From positions 1 to 36,770 of IMG/VR virus record IMGVR_UViG_3300032257_000056: a DNA stretch of 36,770 nt. One strand, 5' to 3'. Position 1 is the first letter of the stretch; each line of letters opens with the position of its first letter. The notes below the pieces were generated by a model. That model worked only from the letters and a program-made list of their open reading frames with translations. It was not told where the DNA came from and did no database searches. Both the position numbers and the translations under genes were made by a program. This DNA comes from a virus (lineage: Duplodnaviria; Caudoviricetes). Of the stretch, positions 18,410-27,534 are shown one piece after another.

Positions 18410-19264
18410 TTATGAATTTAGGCAAGTCGATAATGGCAGCGGTTTGAATGTGGGGATAATTTCAGTGCCACCGCTAAGCGTTTTAAATTCAAGATTACCA
18501 GTATAAATGTGGCATTTATTTCGAAGTGTTTGACTTTTTAAAAACAAGTCGTTTTCATTTTTAAGAACTGCGATTGTGAAATCGATTGCTTCATCATTAT
18601 GCCAGTCGCTTAATTCATATATTATATACCCATCAACCAGCTGGGTCGCTTCGAACATTTTATCCTGTCTCTTTGATTTCTTAGAGAGCTCACTCCAGAA
18701 CACATAATTGATGCCTTCATTTAAACTGCCCTCGTGCTTTGCACTATATAAGAAAGCGGCGATACCTTTTGGGTAAACTCCGTTAAACGCATTATCTGTT
18801 AATATTATTTTTACCATAACTACGCCATTAGTTAATAAACCTATATACAGCCTCTTATTATTTGAAGTGTATTCACGATTACCGCCCTCAGTGTTTGCCA
18901 ACTCAGATATGGCCTTAATTACCCATGCCTCGGTTTCTTTTTTTATTTCTGGTATGGCTGCACCTGATAGGGTTGAGAGCATTGCCATGCCACTAATGGC
19001 ATTATCATCAGTAAATGCAAACGCTAATGTGATTTCAGCTACGTTTTTCTTTGGTCCCATAATATTAACTAATATTGGGATGCTATCTGTTGGAGTATGT
19101 CGAAAGACTATTTGGCCTTTATCATTCTTTGCCTCAACAAAATCTTTTTCGTTTATTAAGTCATATGTTTTAGACGTTACAATTTTAACTACCTCACTGC
19201 GCTGCATTGAAAATGCATTAAATGAACAACACATTAATAACAATAACCATGTAAGTAATTTCAC
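18410..19264 (-). CDS. Putative secreted/periplasmic accessory protein (moron)
   Basis: GTG start after an AAGGA SD; signal-peptide-like MKLLTWLLLLMCCSFNAFS; same strand as the repressor. Confidence 0.75.
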   Translation of the reverse strand: MKLLTWLLLLMCCSFNAFSMQRSEVVKIVTSKTYDLINEKDFVEAKNDKGQIVFRHTPTDSIPILVNIMGPKKNVAEITLAFAFTDDNAISGMAMLSTLSGAAIPEIKKETEAWVIKAISELANTEGGNREYTSNNKRLYIGLLTNGVVMVKIILTDNAFNGVYPKGIAAFLYSAKHEGSLNEGINYVFWSELSKKSKRQDKMFEATQLVDGYIIYELSDWHNDEAIDFTIAVLKNENDLFLKSQTLRNKCHIYTGNLEFKTLSGGTEIIPTFKPLPLSTCLNS

Positions 19265-19403
19265 TTTATAAATTCCTTTATTGAATTCTGACGAATTATG
19301 TCAATGTGATGATCTAATATTATTTACACTGATTTTATAAAACTTATTGCCTATCTTTATAGTCTCAATAATTAATAACAATAAATACAGGGAGTAGTGC
19401 ATC

Positions 19404-19544
19404 ATGCCAGATTGTAACGGCATTGAACTTATCGCCATTTATAAATGGCTTAATCAAATGCAACGAGCATTAAAAAACAGTAATAAATCTCAGTATAAAT
19501 ACGCCCGTGCAATGATGTTGCTCCATATCAACAACTTACCCTGA
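19404..19544 (+). CDS. Small hypothetical protein (46 aa), convergent with the repressor
   Basis: AGGGAG SD 9 nt upstream; MPDCNGIELIAIYKWLNQMQRALKNSNKSQYKYARAMMLLHINNLP; fills an intergenic gap. Confidence 0.45.
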   Translation: MPDCNGIELIAIYKWLNQMQRALKNSNKSQYKYARAMMLLHINNLP

Positions 19545-19556
19545 CTCATTAGCGAC

Positions 19557-20042
19557 TTACTTTTCATCTGGCAACTCAACACCTGCCATGGCGTAGGTGG
19601 TTTTTATCCAGGCCTTTAGTTCGTCTTTTGTACAAGCTTGCTCTAAAGCATATTCGGTTAGCACCATTATTTGAGGCTTTCTTATGTTTAGGTTCATTTC
19701 ATCAGCCGCATCCAGTACCAGTAACATAGCTGATGAGAACTCTTCAGCCGTAAAATCTCCCAGCTCTATTTCTTTGCCATCAGTATCAAACATGGGAACA
19801 ACGGGCTTAGCCTTAATACTTGTTATTACATACTGAACATCTATACCAGATTCTGCGATCCGATTGAAATATTCACCATCGGGATCACGAGCCGACTCAT
19901 CATCTCTTTCATAAAGCCCCTGTGTTTTTGGTGTAACACCGCCTAATTCGGCTAGCTCTTTCGATTTTTTACCAATCCTTATTCTCTCCTCTTTCAATCG
20001 AGAGCCTCTAGACGGTTCATTTTTATTTTTATCACTTGACAT
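19557..20042 (-). CDS. Prophage repressor, XRE-family HTH
   Basis: GSRLKEER.RIG...LAELGGV...TQGLYE...GIDVQYVIT; divergent from ner. Confidence 0.88.
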   Translation of the reverse strand: MSSDKNKNEPSRGSRLKEERIRIGKKSKELAELGGVTPKTQGLYERDDESARDPDGEYFNRIAESGIDVQYVITSIKAKPVVPMFDTDGKEIELGDFTAEEFSSAMLLVLDAADEMNLNIRKPQIMVLTEYALEQACTKDELKAWIKTTYAMAGVELPDEK

Positions 20043-20080
20043 ACGGTTAATTCGATATTATAAAGATAACCATTCGGTTA
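20036..20080 (+). promoter_or_regulatory. Early promoter with operator-like dyads
   Basis: TTGACA (20036-20041), 17 bp, TATAAA (20059-20064). Dyad TAACC-N4-GGTTA at 20067-20080 and a variant at 20036-20049. An opposite-strand TATAAT at 20057-20062 could serve the repressor gene. Confidence 0.75.
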
Positions 20081-20128
20081 ATTTGTTAAGTAGCAAGAAA
20101 CCATTAATACCATTTATTTGGAGTATTC

Positions 20129-20365
20129 ATGCATTACGCAGACATTATAGCGACTCTACACAAAACAGGGTATCCGCCTTGCAAAGTTGCAGACAATCTG
20201 GGGGTTTCGCGCTCTTCTGTAAGTCAGGTTATTCGAGGCACAAGCACCTCATATGATATTGCCACTTACATATCATCGGTAACCAATAAAACACTAATCA
20301 GGCTCTGGCCTGATGGCCGGTATAACAAACCACCCAAGCGAATTCGTGAGGCGCAAGCCGCATGA
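20129..20365 (+). CDS. ner: Ner-like transcriptional regulator
   Basis: MHYADIIATL.K.G...HTH...LWP.GRY, the Ner/Nlp signature; first gene of the early operon. Confidence 0.88.
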   Translation: MHYADIIATLHKTGYPPCKVADNLGVSRSSVSQVIRGTSTSYDIATYISSVTNKTLIRLWPDGRYNKPPKRIREAQAA

Positions 20366-20818
20366 TTAAGATTCTTCATCGTTTGCAAAAGGGCTGCCCA
20401 GCTCGGCTGGTTCATCAAACAACCATGGTGACCATGGCAAAAAGTTTGCCTGCCATAACATCTTACCGCGAGCAGCTCGCACGTTGCGTGAGTTTGAGTT
20501 GTCACTTAAAAGGCACGGGTTATCAAAGTAGTGCGCCATGCGCCCTGAAAGCTGAAGCATTTGTAATGCACCATACATTAACAATGCAGCATCAGCTTCT
20601 GCGTGTTTCTGGTTATCACGTTGCTTCGGGCTTGCCTGAGCATATATCTCAATCTCTTTTAAATGCGTTGAAAACCAGCCCAACCAATCATGGAAACCTA
20701 GCTTTTTTAATTTGGCGTGCAGTGAACGTATGTTTGAAACAGACATATTGCTTAACAGCTCATTTACCAGTTCATCTTCGTACACGTTATATCCGTCAAA
20801 TTCATCGTGGTTTTGCAT
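20366..20818 (-). CDS. Hypothetical protein inserted antisense in the early operon
   Basis: AGGAG SD before the ATG; 150 aa; stop abuts the ner stop. Confidence 0.65.
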   Translation of the reverse strand: MQNHDEFDGYNVYEDELVNELLSNMSVSNIRSLHAKLKKLGFHDWLGWFSTHLKEIEIYAQASPKQRDNQKHAEADAALLMYGALQMLQLSGRMAHYFDNPCLLSDNSNSRNVRAARGKMLWQANFLPWSPWLFDEPAELGSPFANDEES

Positions 20819-20884
20819 TTGTTAGCTCCTGGGCATTTAGAAAATGTAGTGGCAAAAGCATATCGCGACAGGAGGCAAGGGTTA

Positions 20885-21361
20885 ATGGTTAGACGCAAAC
20901 AACTTTCTACCAGCATTCAGGCTGATATGTTCCAGCAACTTGCTGAGCGCACGGCAATAGAGAAAAAAGAGGCACCCTTTTTAGATATTAACTTAGAGCT
21001 AATGGGGGCCATTAATAAGGCGATTCGTGAAGCACGGGTTAACGGCATGGGCCGTGAGCACATAGTCGATCGTATGAACCTGTGCCTTGATAAGACCGAC
21101 CAAATTACTTTGCGCAAGCTCAATGCCTGGACAGCAGCCAGCAAAGAAAGTCATAACTTTCCCGCCCGTTACCTGCCTGCATTTTGCTGGGCCACCCAGT
21201 GCATGCTGCCAATGAGCATGTTGGTGCAGTGCCTGGGTTATCAGATTGTAGATGGTCGAGACCAACTAGCCGTTGAGTATGGCAACGCACTGCTTGAAGA
21301 GGCGCAGACCAAACGCAAGCTAAAAGAGCTGCAAGGAATATTAACTAGCACATTTAAATAG
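20885..21361 (+). CDS. Phage regulatory protein (CII-like HTH, tentative)
   Basis: ATG 20885 after GGAGG; REHIVDRMN...LNAWTAASKESHNFPA..LPAFCWAT pattern seen after ner in transposable phages. Confidence 0.65.
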   Translation: MVRRKQLSTSIQADMFQQLAERTAIEKKEAPFLDINLELMGAINKAIREARVNGMGREHIVDRMNLCLDKTDQITLRKLNAWTAASKESHNFPARYLPAFCWATQCMLPMSMLVQCLGYQIVDGRDQLAVEYGNALLEEAQTKRKLKELQGILTSTFK

Positions 21362-21363
21362 TT

Positions 21364-21439
21364 ATGGAAGCAAATCGGCAGCGGCGCTGCCGATTTGACT
21401 AATGCAACCAAATGCGCAGCGGCGCGGCGCATTTGAATT
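21364..21439. repeat. Two tandem 38-bp units, each containing a 27-bp palindrome
   Basis: CAAATCGGCAGC-GGC-GCTGCCGATTTG (21371-21397, perfect) and CAAATGCGCAGC-GGC-GCGGCGCATTTG (21409-21435, one mismatch). Confidence 0.9.
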
Positions 21440-21465
21440 AACGACACACTAAACAGGACACACTG

Positions 21466-22464
21466 ATGCCAAAGAAGAAAATAGTAAAAATAACACCACC
21501 CGTAATTGGCTCTGATGATTCGGAGTTACAAAAAGTTACGGAGCAAGTTTTGAATATAAAAAACGATGCGGGGTGGGATTTACCCGTAAAGAGTAAAAAA
21601 ATACTAGCAGGGGACCTATTAACTGAGTGGATTGAATCAAAAGAGAACCAGAGAGATATTTGTAAAGTTGAGCTGGGGTTTGGTTATGCTGCAAAAAAAC
21701 GTGAGCTAGGTCATGGTTTATTTGAAAGCTGGATAAAAGAAACAGGACGCTCATCTAGAAGCGTTAGGTCTGCTATGCAAATTGCTCAATTACTGCATAG
21801 CCTTTCTAACCAAAATGCAAAACTGGCAGCAAAGATGCCACAACGAAAGTTAACAGTTCTGGCCAGTGCAACCCCCGAAATTGTAAATGACCTACTAAAC
21901 AGTAATGAAATAACCGAAGACATGAGTCGAGAAGAGCTTCGCGAAATCATTGACCTTAATAAAAAGGTAGCCACCTTAAGCCAGCGACTCGATACCGCTG
22001 AAATTTCTAATACCGATTTAAAGAAACGCCTGAAAAACAAACAACGCTCTAGCCCATACCCTGAGTTTGTTGCCACAACCCGCCATGAGTCAACTGCCTT
22101 AATGGATAAAGCCAGCCTGTGTTTTGATGACACTGAAAAGCTCTATCAGCAGCTCGAAGATTTGGGCCGTAAGGGTGACGCTGAACATAAGCGAAACTGG
22201 AATATTGCAGCATCAAGTTTGTATCACAACCTGCGCAGCACTATTGCAAAAGCAGAAAAGTTTTTAACAGAACTTGATAGCTCATTACCCAAAGATGTTC
22301 GAGGCCCTGCATCACCTTCTTATTATTTTAATGAAACTGAAGTGCTTGAAGTTATTCAAGAACGTGAGCTGCTTTTAGAACAACACCAGCATGAATCTAT
22401 TATGCGAAAAACAGAACGTGACATAAAAAAACCGAAAGGTCGCGGTCGCCCAGCTAAAGGTTAA
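21466..22464 (+). CDS. DUF3102-like DNA-binding protein with coiled coil
   Basis: LG..YAAKKRELGHGLFESWI...SSRSVRSAMQIA motif; basic C-terminal KGRGRP; directly upstream of the transposase. Confidence 0.65.
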   Translation: MPKKKIVKITPPVIGSDDSELQKVTEQVLNIKNDAGWDLPVKSKKILAGDLLTEWIESKENQRDICKVELGFGYAAKKRELGHGLFESWIKETGRSSRSVRSAMQIAQLLHSLSNQNAKLAAKMPQRKLTVLASATPEIVNDLLNSNEITEDMSREELREIIDLNKKVATLSQRLDTAEISNTDLKKRLKNKQRSSPYPEFVATTRHESTALMDKASLCFDDTEKLYQQLEDLGRKGDAEHKRNWNIAASSLYHNLRSTIAKAEKFLTELDSSLPKDVRGPASPSYYFNETEVLEVIQERELLLEQHQHESIMRKTERDIKKPKGRGRPAKG

Positions 22465-22467
22465 GTT

Positions 22468-24123
22468 ATGAATATTGTCGCCATAAGCCCAGAGCATGAA
22501 TTAGCAATAAGCGTTGATGAAAACGCATGGGATAAATTACCCCAGAGTAAACGCAAGCTGGCACGTTCACGTGAAGAATTAATTATGCCTGTTATACAAA
22601 GCATGAAAGAAGGTGTAAGTGCGCGGGTAGCTATAGAGCATTTACTGGTTTCAATTGAAACCAGTAATGCCCCTGAAAAGCTTATGAAGCTAGCCATTGA
22701 TTTGGGTAGAAAAAACAAAGCCCCCAGCATGGCGACGATTCAGCGCTGGATAAAAGATTATAAACAATATGCATTAGTCGGTTTAGTAAGCGGCCACATT
22801 GGTCGGCAACGTAAAACCTATGGCTGGGAAGCAAGAGCACTTTACTGGTATCAACAACCGTCAAAATTAGCGGTATCTACTGTTGCCGAGTTACTACAAC
22901 AAGAAGGTGTTAACGATGTTACTGAAGACAGAGTGCGCCGCTATATAAATTCACTGCCCTTTGATGTACGGATGCGCAGACGCATGGGCACAAAGTTATT
23001 TAACGACACACAAAAACCTGCACGCATTCGTGACACAGAGTGCCTGCCTATTGGCGGCATTTATCAGGGTGATGGTCACACAATAGATGCCTACCTAGCT
23101 CACCCCATGACAGGCAACCCATGGCGGCCAGAGCTTACGGTGTGGATTGATGTGCGCAGCCGCTATTTAGTGGGCTGGTATATGAGTGTTGCAGAATCAA
23201 GTTTTTCTACTTTGTTTTCATTAAGCCACGCACTGATTACACACGATCATGTGCCAGCAGGTTTACATATAGATAACGGCAGCGGGTTTAAAGCCAAAAT
23301 GATGCACGATGAATCTACAGGGTTTTATCAACGCTTCGATTTAAGTGTGATGTTTTCTATTCCTGGTAACCCGCAGGGTAAAGGTCAGGTTGAGCGCTGG
23401 TTTAGAACACTGAGAGACAAGTTTGATAAAACCTTTGAAAGTTATTGTGGTCACGACATGGCACCAGATGCCATTAAAAAATTACTGACTGATGTAAAGC
23501 AAGGCAAAAAACAACTACCCGATTTAAAAACCTATCTCGAAGGTTTAAAAAAATTCATTGCTTTTTATAACAACAGACCCCATGCCGCATTAAATGGTGA
23601 AACGCCAGCCAGCCTTTGGGCACAGTTAGAACGCGTGCCGGTTCATATGACATCACAGGCCATTATAAGGCCCCGCATTGAACGAACAATTCGTCGTGGC
23701 TCTATTACATTATTCAACCGTGAATATAGGCACCCCGAGTTAATAAAATTCAATACCCAGAAAGTATATGTTGAATACGACTTACATAACGACTCGATGG
23801 TGCGAGTACTTAAAACAGATGAATCTTTAATTTGTGATGCAAGCCTCACTCAGAAAACACTCTATGTAACAGATAGCCGGATGGAAGACATGCAACAAAA
23901 CCGATTAAAAGGCCAGTTAAAACGTCTTGAAAAACATGCCGATGAAAAACGCGCCCAGGCAAAAATGTTAATTGATCATGAAGAAGTTGCAAATGAACTG
24001 GACTCAGATGATCTGCCAGAAGGGTTAGAGCAGCATAACTCAGAACCTTTGTTTGATATTGATGATGACGAAGGCGCTGAGGAAGTAAAAGTAAATTTAA
24101 ATTTCGATGACATTGATTATTAA
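22468..24123 (+). CDS. Mu-like DDE transposase (A)
   Basis: QGDGH (D), HIDNGSGF (D), KGQVERWF (E), YNNRPH, and a Mu-type C-terminal beta-barrel region. Confidence 0.95.
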   Translation: MNIVAISPEHELAISVDENAWDKLPQSKRKLARSREELIMPVIQSMKEGVSARVAIEHLLVSIETSNAPEKLMKLAIDLGRKNKAPSMATIQRWIKDYKQYALVGLVSGHIGRQRKTYGWEARALYWYQQPSKLAVSTVAELLQQEGVNDVTEDRVRRYINSLPFDVRMRRRMGTKLFNDTQKPARIRDTECLPIGGIYQGDGHTIDAYLAHPMTGNPWRPELTVWIDVRSRYLVGWYMSVAESSFSTLFSLSHALITHDHVPAGLHIDNGSGFKAKMMHDESTGFYQRFDLSVMFSIPGNPQGKGQVERWFRTLRDKFDKTFESYCGHDMAPDAIKKLLTDVKQGKKQLPDLKTYLEGLKKFIAFYNNRPHAALNGETPASLWAQLERVPVHMTSQAIIRPRIERTIRRGSITLFNREYRHPELIKFNTQKVYVEYDLHNDSMVRVLKTDESLICDASLTQKTLYVTDSRMEDMQQNRLKGQLKRLEKHADEKRAQAKMLIDHEEVANELDSDDLPEGLEQHNSEPLFDIDDDEGAEEVKVNLNFDDIDY

Positions 24124-24143
24124 TAAAAACTAAAGGTGAATAT

Positions 24144-25193
24144 ATGACAAAAATAGTAAAAGAGCATGTGCAAAGTTTAGTGAAAATACCGGCTGAATTT
24201 TCTAGTGCGTATTCTGGTGAAGACCAGCGCATGGTAGTTGAAATAATAGATTGGCTGAACGAGGGGCAAGAGCACGACCCTGGCTTTGATAACCAGCGCT
24301 CTCAAACAAAGCTGTGCACGGCAGCGGGTTTAAAGCCATCTGCCGTTAATTCAATATTGCGCGGTAAATACCCGAGCCCACCGAGTGAAAAATTAGCACA
24401 ACTTCTCGACACCATCACCCGCCAGAAAGAGCGTGAAGATGAAAACATAACAGATAACCCTTTTGTTGAAACATCGGTTTACGTGTCGGTTCGTGCAGCC
24501 TGTAAACGCGCCCATAAATACAGAAGCTTCAGTGTTGTGTCTGCCTTTGTGGGAACAGGTAAAACCAAAAGCTTAAAACGCTACGCTGAGCTGCACCCAA
24601 ATTGTATTGTGATTGAAGCTACGCCCGATATGAATACACCTGTTCTGCTGCGCGAGCTGGTTTATAAATCAGGCGCTATTGTGCATAAAACACATAAGTG
24701 GAGCAACGGCACCAAGAGCGACATGATGGAGGCAATCATCACCCGACTGACCGGCTCAGATAAATTAATTATTTTAGATGAAGCCGACAAAGTAACACCT
24801 CAAACACTGGAGTTCATTAGACGCATATCAGACCTTGCAAAAGTCGGGGTGGTTTTATGCGGCACAGAGTACTTGCAACCGATGATACGCGACCCGCGAG
24901 GCCGCTTTGGTCAAATATCATCACGCATACTTTACTGGTCGCCCGTTATTAAAGGCATAAAAGAGCACGATGCAAAAAGCATTGTAGAAGCCGCGCTGAG
25001 CGACGAAGCAAAATTAACACCTGAAATACACAAAGCTTTTTATGAAATGTGCGATGGCTCTGCACGGGTATTGGCACACAGTTTAATAACCGGTGTTAGA
25101 GATTATGGCTTGCGTAAAGGTAATGATTTAACACCAAGTATGATTTATCAAATTGGTGAGCAACTACTGGGCTTTGAGCGGCCTAATAAATAA
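24144..25193 (+). CDS. MuB-like AAA+ transposition ATPase
   Basis: N-terminal HTH, Walker A AFVGTGKT, Walker B LIILDEAD, arginine finger ISSRI. Confidence 0.93.
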   Translation: MTKIVKEHVQSLVKIPAEFSSAYSGEDQRMVVEIIDWLNEGQEHDPGFDNQRSQTKLCTAAGLKPSAVNSILRGKYPSPPSEKLAQLLDTITRQKEREDENITDNPFVETSVYVSVRAACKRAHKYRSFSVVSAFVGTGKTKSLKRYAELHPNCIVIEATPDMNTPVLLRELVYKSGAIVHKTHKWSNGTKSDMMEAIITRLTGSDKLIILDEADKVTPQTLEFIRRISDLAKVGVVLCGTEYLQPMIRDPRGRFGQISSRILYWSPVIKGIKEHDAKSIVEAALSDEAKLTPEIHKAFYEMCDGSARVLAHSLITGVRDYGLRKGNDLTPSMIYQIGEQLLGFERPNK

Positions 25194-25200
25194 GGAGAGC

Positions 25201-25533
25201 ATGATGTCAGAGAAAATAAATAGACGTGCAGAAAGTTATAGCGATGAATACATTGCACACTACGGCGATATGTATATGACCTATGACAAGCTGCACAACT
25301 TAAATGGCCGTGGCATTCGTTTTGAAGCTTTTCTGGCTTCACCTGAACGTTACATGGAAATTATAAATCAAACAGAGGGTATTCAGGATCTAGTTGAAAA
25401 ACACGAGCTTGAAATTGAAAGCCTTCCGGGTGGCGGCACACGTTATGGCGCTTTTTTTCAACACGTGAGTAAAAAGAAAAAACAACGCCATCATCGCAAA
25501 AGTCATATTAACGAACAGAGGGTACACGCATGA
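25201..25533 (+). CDS. Hypothetical early protein
   Basis: ATG at 25201 after AAGGAG; stop overlaps the next start. Confidence 0.7.
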   Translation: MMSEKINRRAESYSDEYIAHYGDMYMTYDKLHNLNGRGIRFEAFLASPERYMEIINQTEGIQDLVEKHELEIESLPGGGTRYGAFFQHVSKKKKQRHHRKSHINEQRVHA

Positions 25534-26117
25534 ATCCGACAATTGAAACGATTACAGGAAAAGTTGTTGATTTGGTTACACCACATGTTGACCAGATTTG
25601 TCTTGAAGATATTTTTTATGGTTTAAGTCGTATTGCACGCTTTAATGGGCACACGATAGGTGAATTTCCTTATTCGGTAGCCCAGCACTCTATATGGTGC
25701 GCTAAGCTAGCTATGAAGTATTTCGGGGCTACTCACACCACGGCTTTAAAAGTGTTATTACACGATGCACATGAAGCCTACACTGGCGATATTGTAACGC
25801 CACTGAAAATGACCAACAGCGTAAACGTAAAACCATTACAAAACCGTTTGCAGAAATTGATATTAAACCATCTCGATATCATGCCACCAACATCTGAAGA
25901 AAAAGATTTAATAAAAGTTGTAGATAATTACGCTTTGGCAATTGAGGCTTTCACACTTACAAAATCAAAAGGTAGCGACTGGGGGCTGCCTGTGCCACCA
26001 CTTAAACATTATTCAGTTTGGCAGCAGCCTAAAACACCAGATGAGGCCTGCACTGAAATATGGAACACCTACATTTTATTAATCAACAAAACACCTATGA
26101 AGCAGTTATGCGCCTAG
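25530..26117 (+). CDS. HD-domain phosphohydrolase (YfbR/YfdR-like 5'-deoxynucleotidase family)
   Basis: RFNGHT...YSVAQHS...LLHDAHEAYTGDIVTPLK...D motifs. Confidence 0.88.
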   Translation: MNPTIETITGKVVDLVTPHVDQICLEDIFYGLSRIARFNGHTIGEFPYSVAQHSIWCAKLAMKYFGATHTTALKVLLHDAHEAYTGDIVTPLKMTNSVNVKPLQNRLQKLILNHLDIMPPTSEEKDLIKVVDNYALAIEAFTLTKSKGSDWGLPVPPLKHYSVWQQPKTPDEACTEIWNTYILLINKTPMKQLCA

Positions 26118-26668
26118 AGATAACATGCCCAACTTGTGGTGACGAGTTTGACTTAGGCCTTGCTCGAAATGATGACGACTGGCGAGAACTGGTTGAGCTG
26201 GTTTTATCACTGCCCGATTTAGTGCACCGCCCCATGTGGCAATACTTAAGTTTATTTCAGGGCAAACAAAAGCTGCGTTCTTTAAAAATGCTGCGAATTG
26301 TTAAAGAGCTTCAGCCGTTAATTAAAGCAGCAGCAATAAAGCGTGGGCATGAGACCTATGCCGTACCAGCAGAACAATTTGCAAAAGCCATGACCTATCT
26401 GGTAGATACCCGCCCACCATCATTAGTATTGCCATTAAAAGGCAATGGTTACTTACTGGGTTTGTTAGCAAACCGTGCCGACCAGGCAATAGGTAAAAAT
26501 GAAAAGCAACATGAACATAAGTTAAGAAACCGAAAGCAAACTAAAACAACGGGCAATGCATCGCATGCCATGTATGTACCAGGACAAAACCAAACCGATG
26601 ATTCAACCTTTATTAATCCGGCAGAGTCATTAAACCCAAATATTAATAAACCAACTAAAGAGAGTTAA
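26108..26668 (+). CDS. Hypothetical early protein with N-terminal CxxC
   Basis: MRLEITCPTCG...YLSLF...LPLKGNGYL, a pattern common in Mu-like prophages. Confidence 0.72.
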   Translation: MRLEITCPTCGDEFDLGLARNDDDWRELVELVLSLPDLVHRPMWQYLSLFQGKQKLRSLKMLRIVKELQPLIKAAAIKRGHETYAVPAEQFAKAMTYLVDTRPPSLVLPLKGNGYLLGLLANRADQAIGKNEKQHEHKLRNRKQTKTTGNASHAMYVPGQNQTDDSTFINPAESLNPNINKPTKES

Positions 26669-26671
26669 GCC

Positions 26672-27304
26672 ATGTCAGAGCAAGCTGAAAAATACGAAAC
26701 TGAAATACCCAGGGGTTACATGATGGATGCTAACGAGCACCTCGTGCCCACAAAAACAATTAAACAAATTGATCTAGATAGAAACAAACTGGTGCTTGAT
26801 GTTGTTAAAAAGGCCAAAAAAATACGTGACCCACTAGCAGCATTTAAAAAAGAAACGGGCAAACGTATTGAGGCTTTTATTGAGCACTCTGCAAAACAAT
26901 ATGATGCATCGGTAGGCGGTAAAAAAGGGAATGTTTCTCTTTATTCATTTGATGGAAAATTCAAACTGATGCGCACCTACAGTGACACGCTTCAGTTTGA
27001 CGAACAGATACAGGTTGCAAAATCTTTAATAGATGAATGTCTGGTGATTTGGTCAAAGGGTTCGAACGTGAATATTAAAGCCATTGTGCTTAAAGCGTTT
27101 AAAGCTGATAAGCAAGGCAACCTTAGCATTCAACGTGTGCTCGAACTTAAGCAACATAATTTTAAAGATGAAAAATGGGTGCAAGCCATGAAGGCTATCG
27201 ATAACTCAATGCATTTGGTTGGCCGCAAATCGTATATCAGAATTTATGAACGTGATGAATCTGGTCAGTACCAACCCATGTCATTAGATATTGCATCGTT
27301 ATGA
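26672..27304 (+). CDS. DUF3164-family protein
   Basis: GYMMDA..HLVP, GGKKGNVSLYSFDG, AKSLIDEC, KSYIRIYER motifs. Confidence 0.88.
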   Translation: MSEQAEKYETEIPRGYMMDANEHLVPTKTIKQIDLDRNKLVLDVVKKAKKIRDPLAAFKKETGKRIEAFIEHSAKQYDASVGGKKGNVSLYSFDGKFKLMRTYSDTLQFDEQIQVAKSLIDECLVIWSKGSNVNIKAIVLKAFKADKQGNLSIQRVLELKQHNFKDEKWVQAMKAIDNSMHLVGRKSYIRIYERDESGQYQPMSLDIASL

Positions 27305-27534
27305 GTGGCGGTGACGATTTAACGGTAGATGATGTTATGGAGGTAGCCTGCCAGATGGCACAGGAGTTACAGGTGTTTGTAGATGATGCTAAGGAGTGTG
27401 GCTCAGATTTACCTGGTACACGTGCGCTGATAAAAGACTTTGATGAAATAAACCAGCGCTGGAATAACTGGTTTCAACATATGGCTAATGATTCGGATTC
27501 GAACATAGCCGCATTAAATATACCGGAGGCATGA
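27301..27534 (+). CDS. Hypothetical acidic protein
   Basis: ATGA overlaps with both neighbours. Confidence 0.65.
   Translation: MSGGDDLTVDDVMEVACQMAQELQVFVDDAKECGSDLPGTRALIKDFDEINQRWNNWFQHMANDSDSNIAALNIPEA

Noticed and set aside
20362-20892. 176-aa plus-strand ORF following ner
   Set aside because: It overlaps the minus-strand ORF that has a clear SD and more protein-like composition. Its ATGA overlap with ner means it is not fully excluded.
21364-21439. CRISPR or terminator interpretation of the tandem palindromes
   Set aside because: Only two units with 11 bp between palindromes, no cas genes, and no U-tract on either strand.
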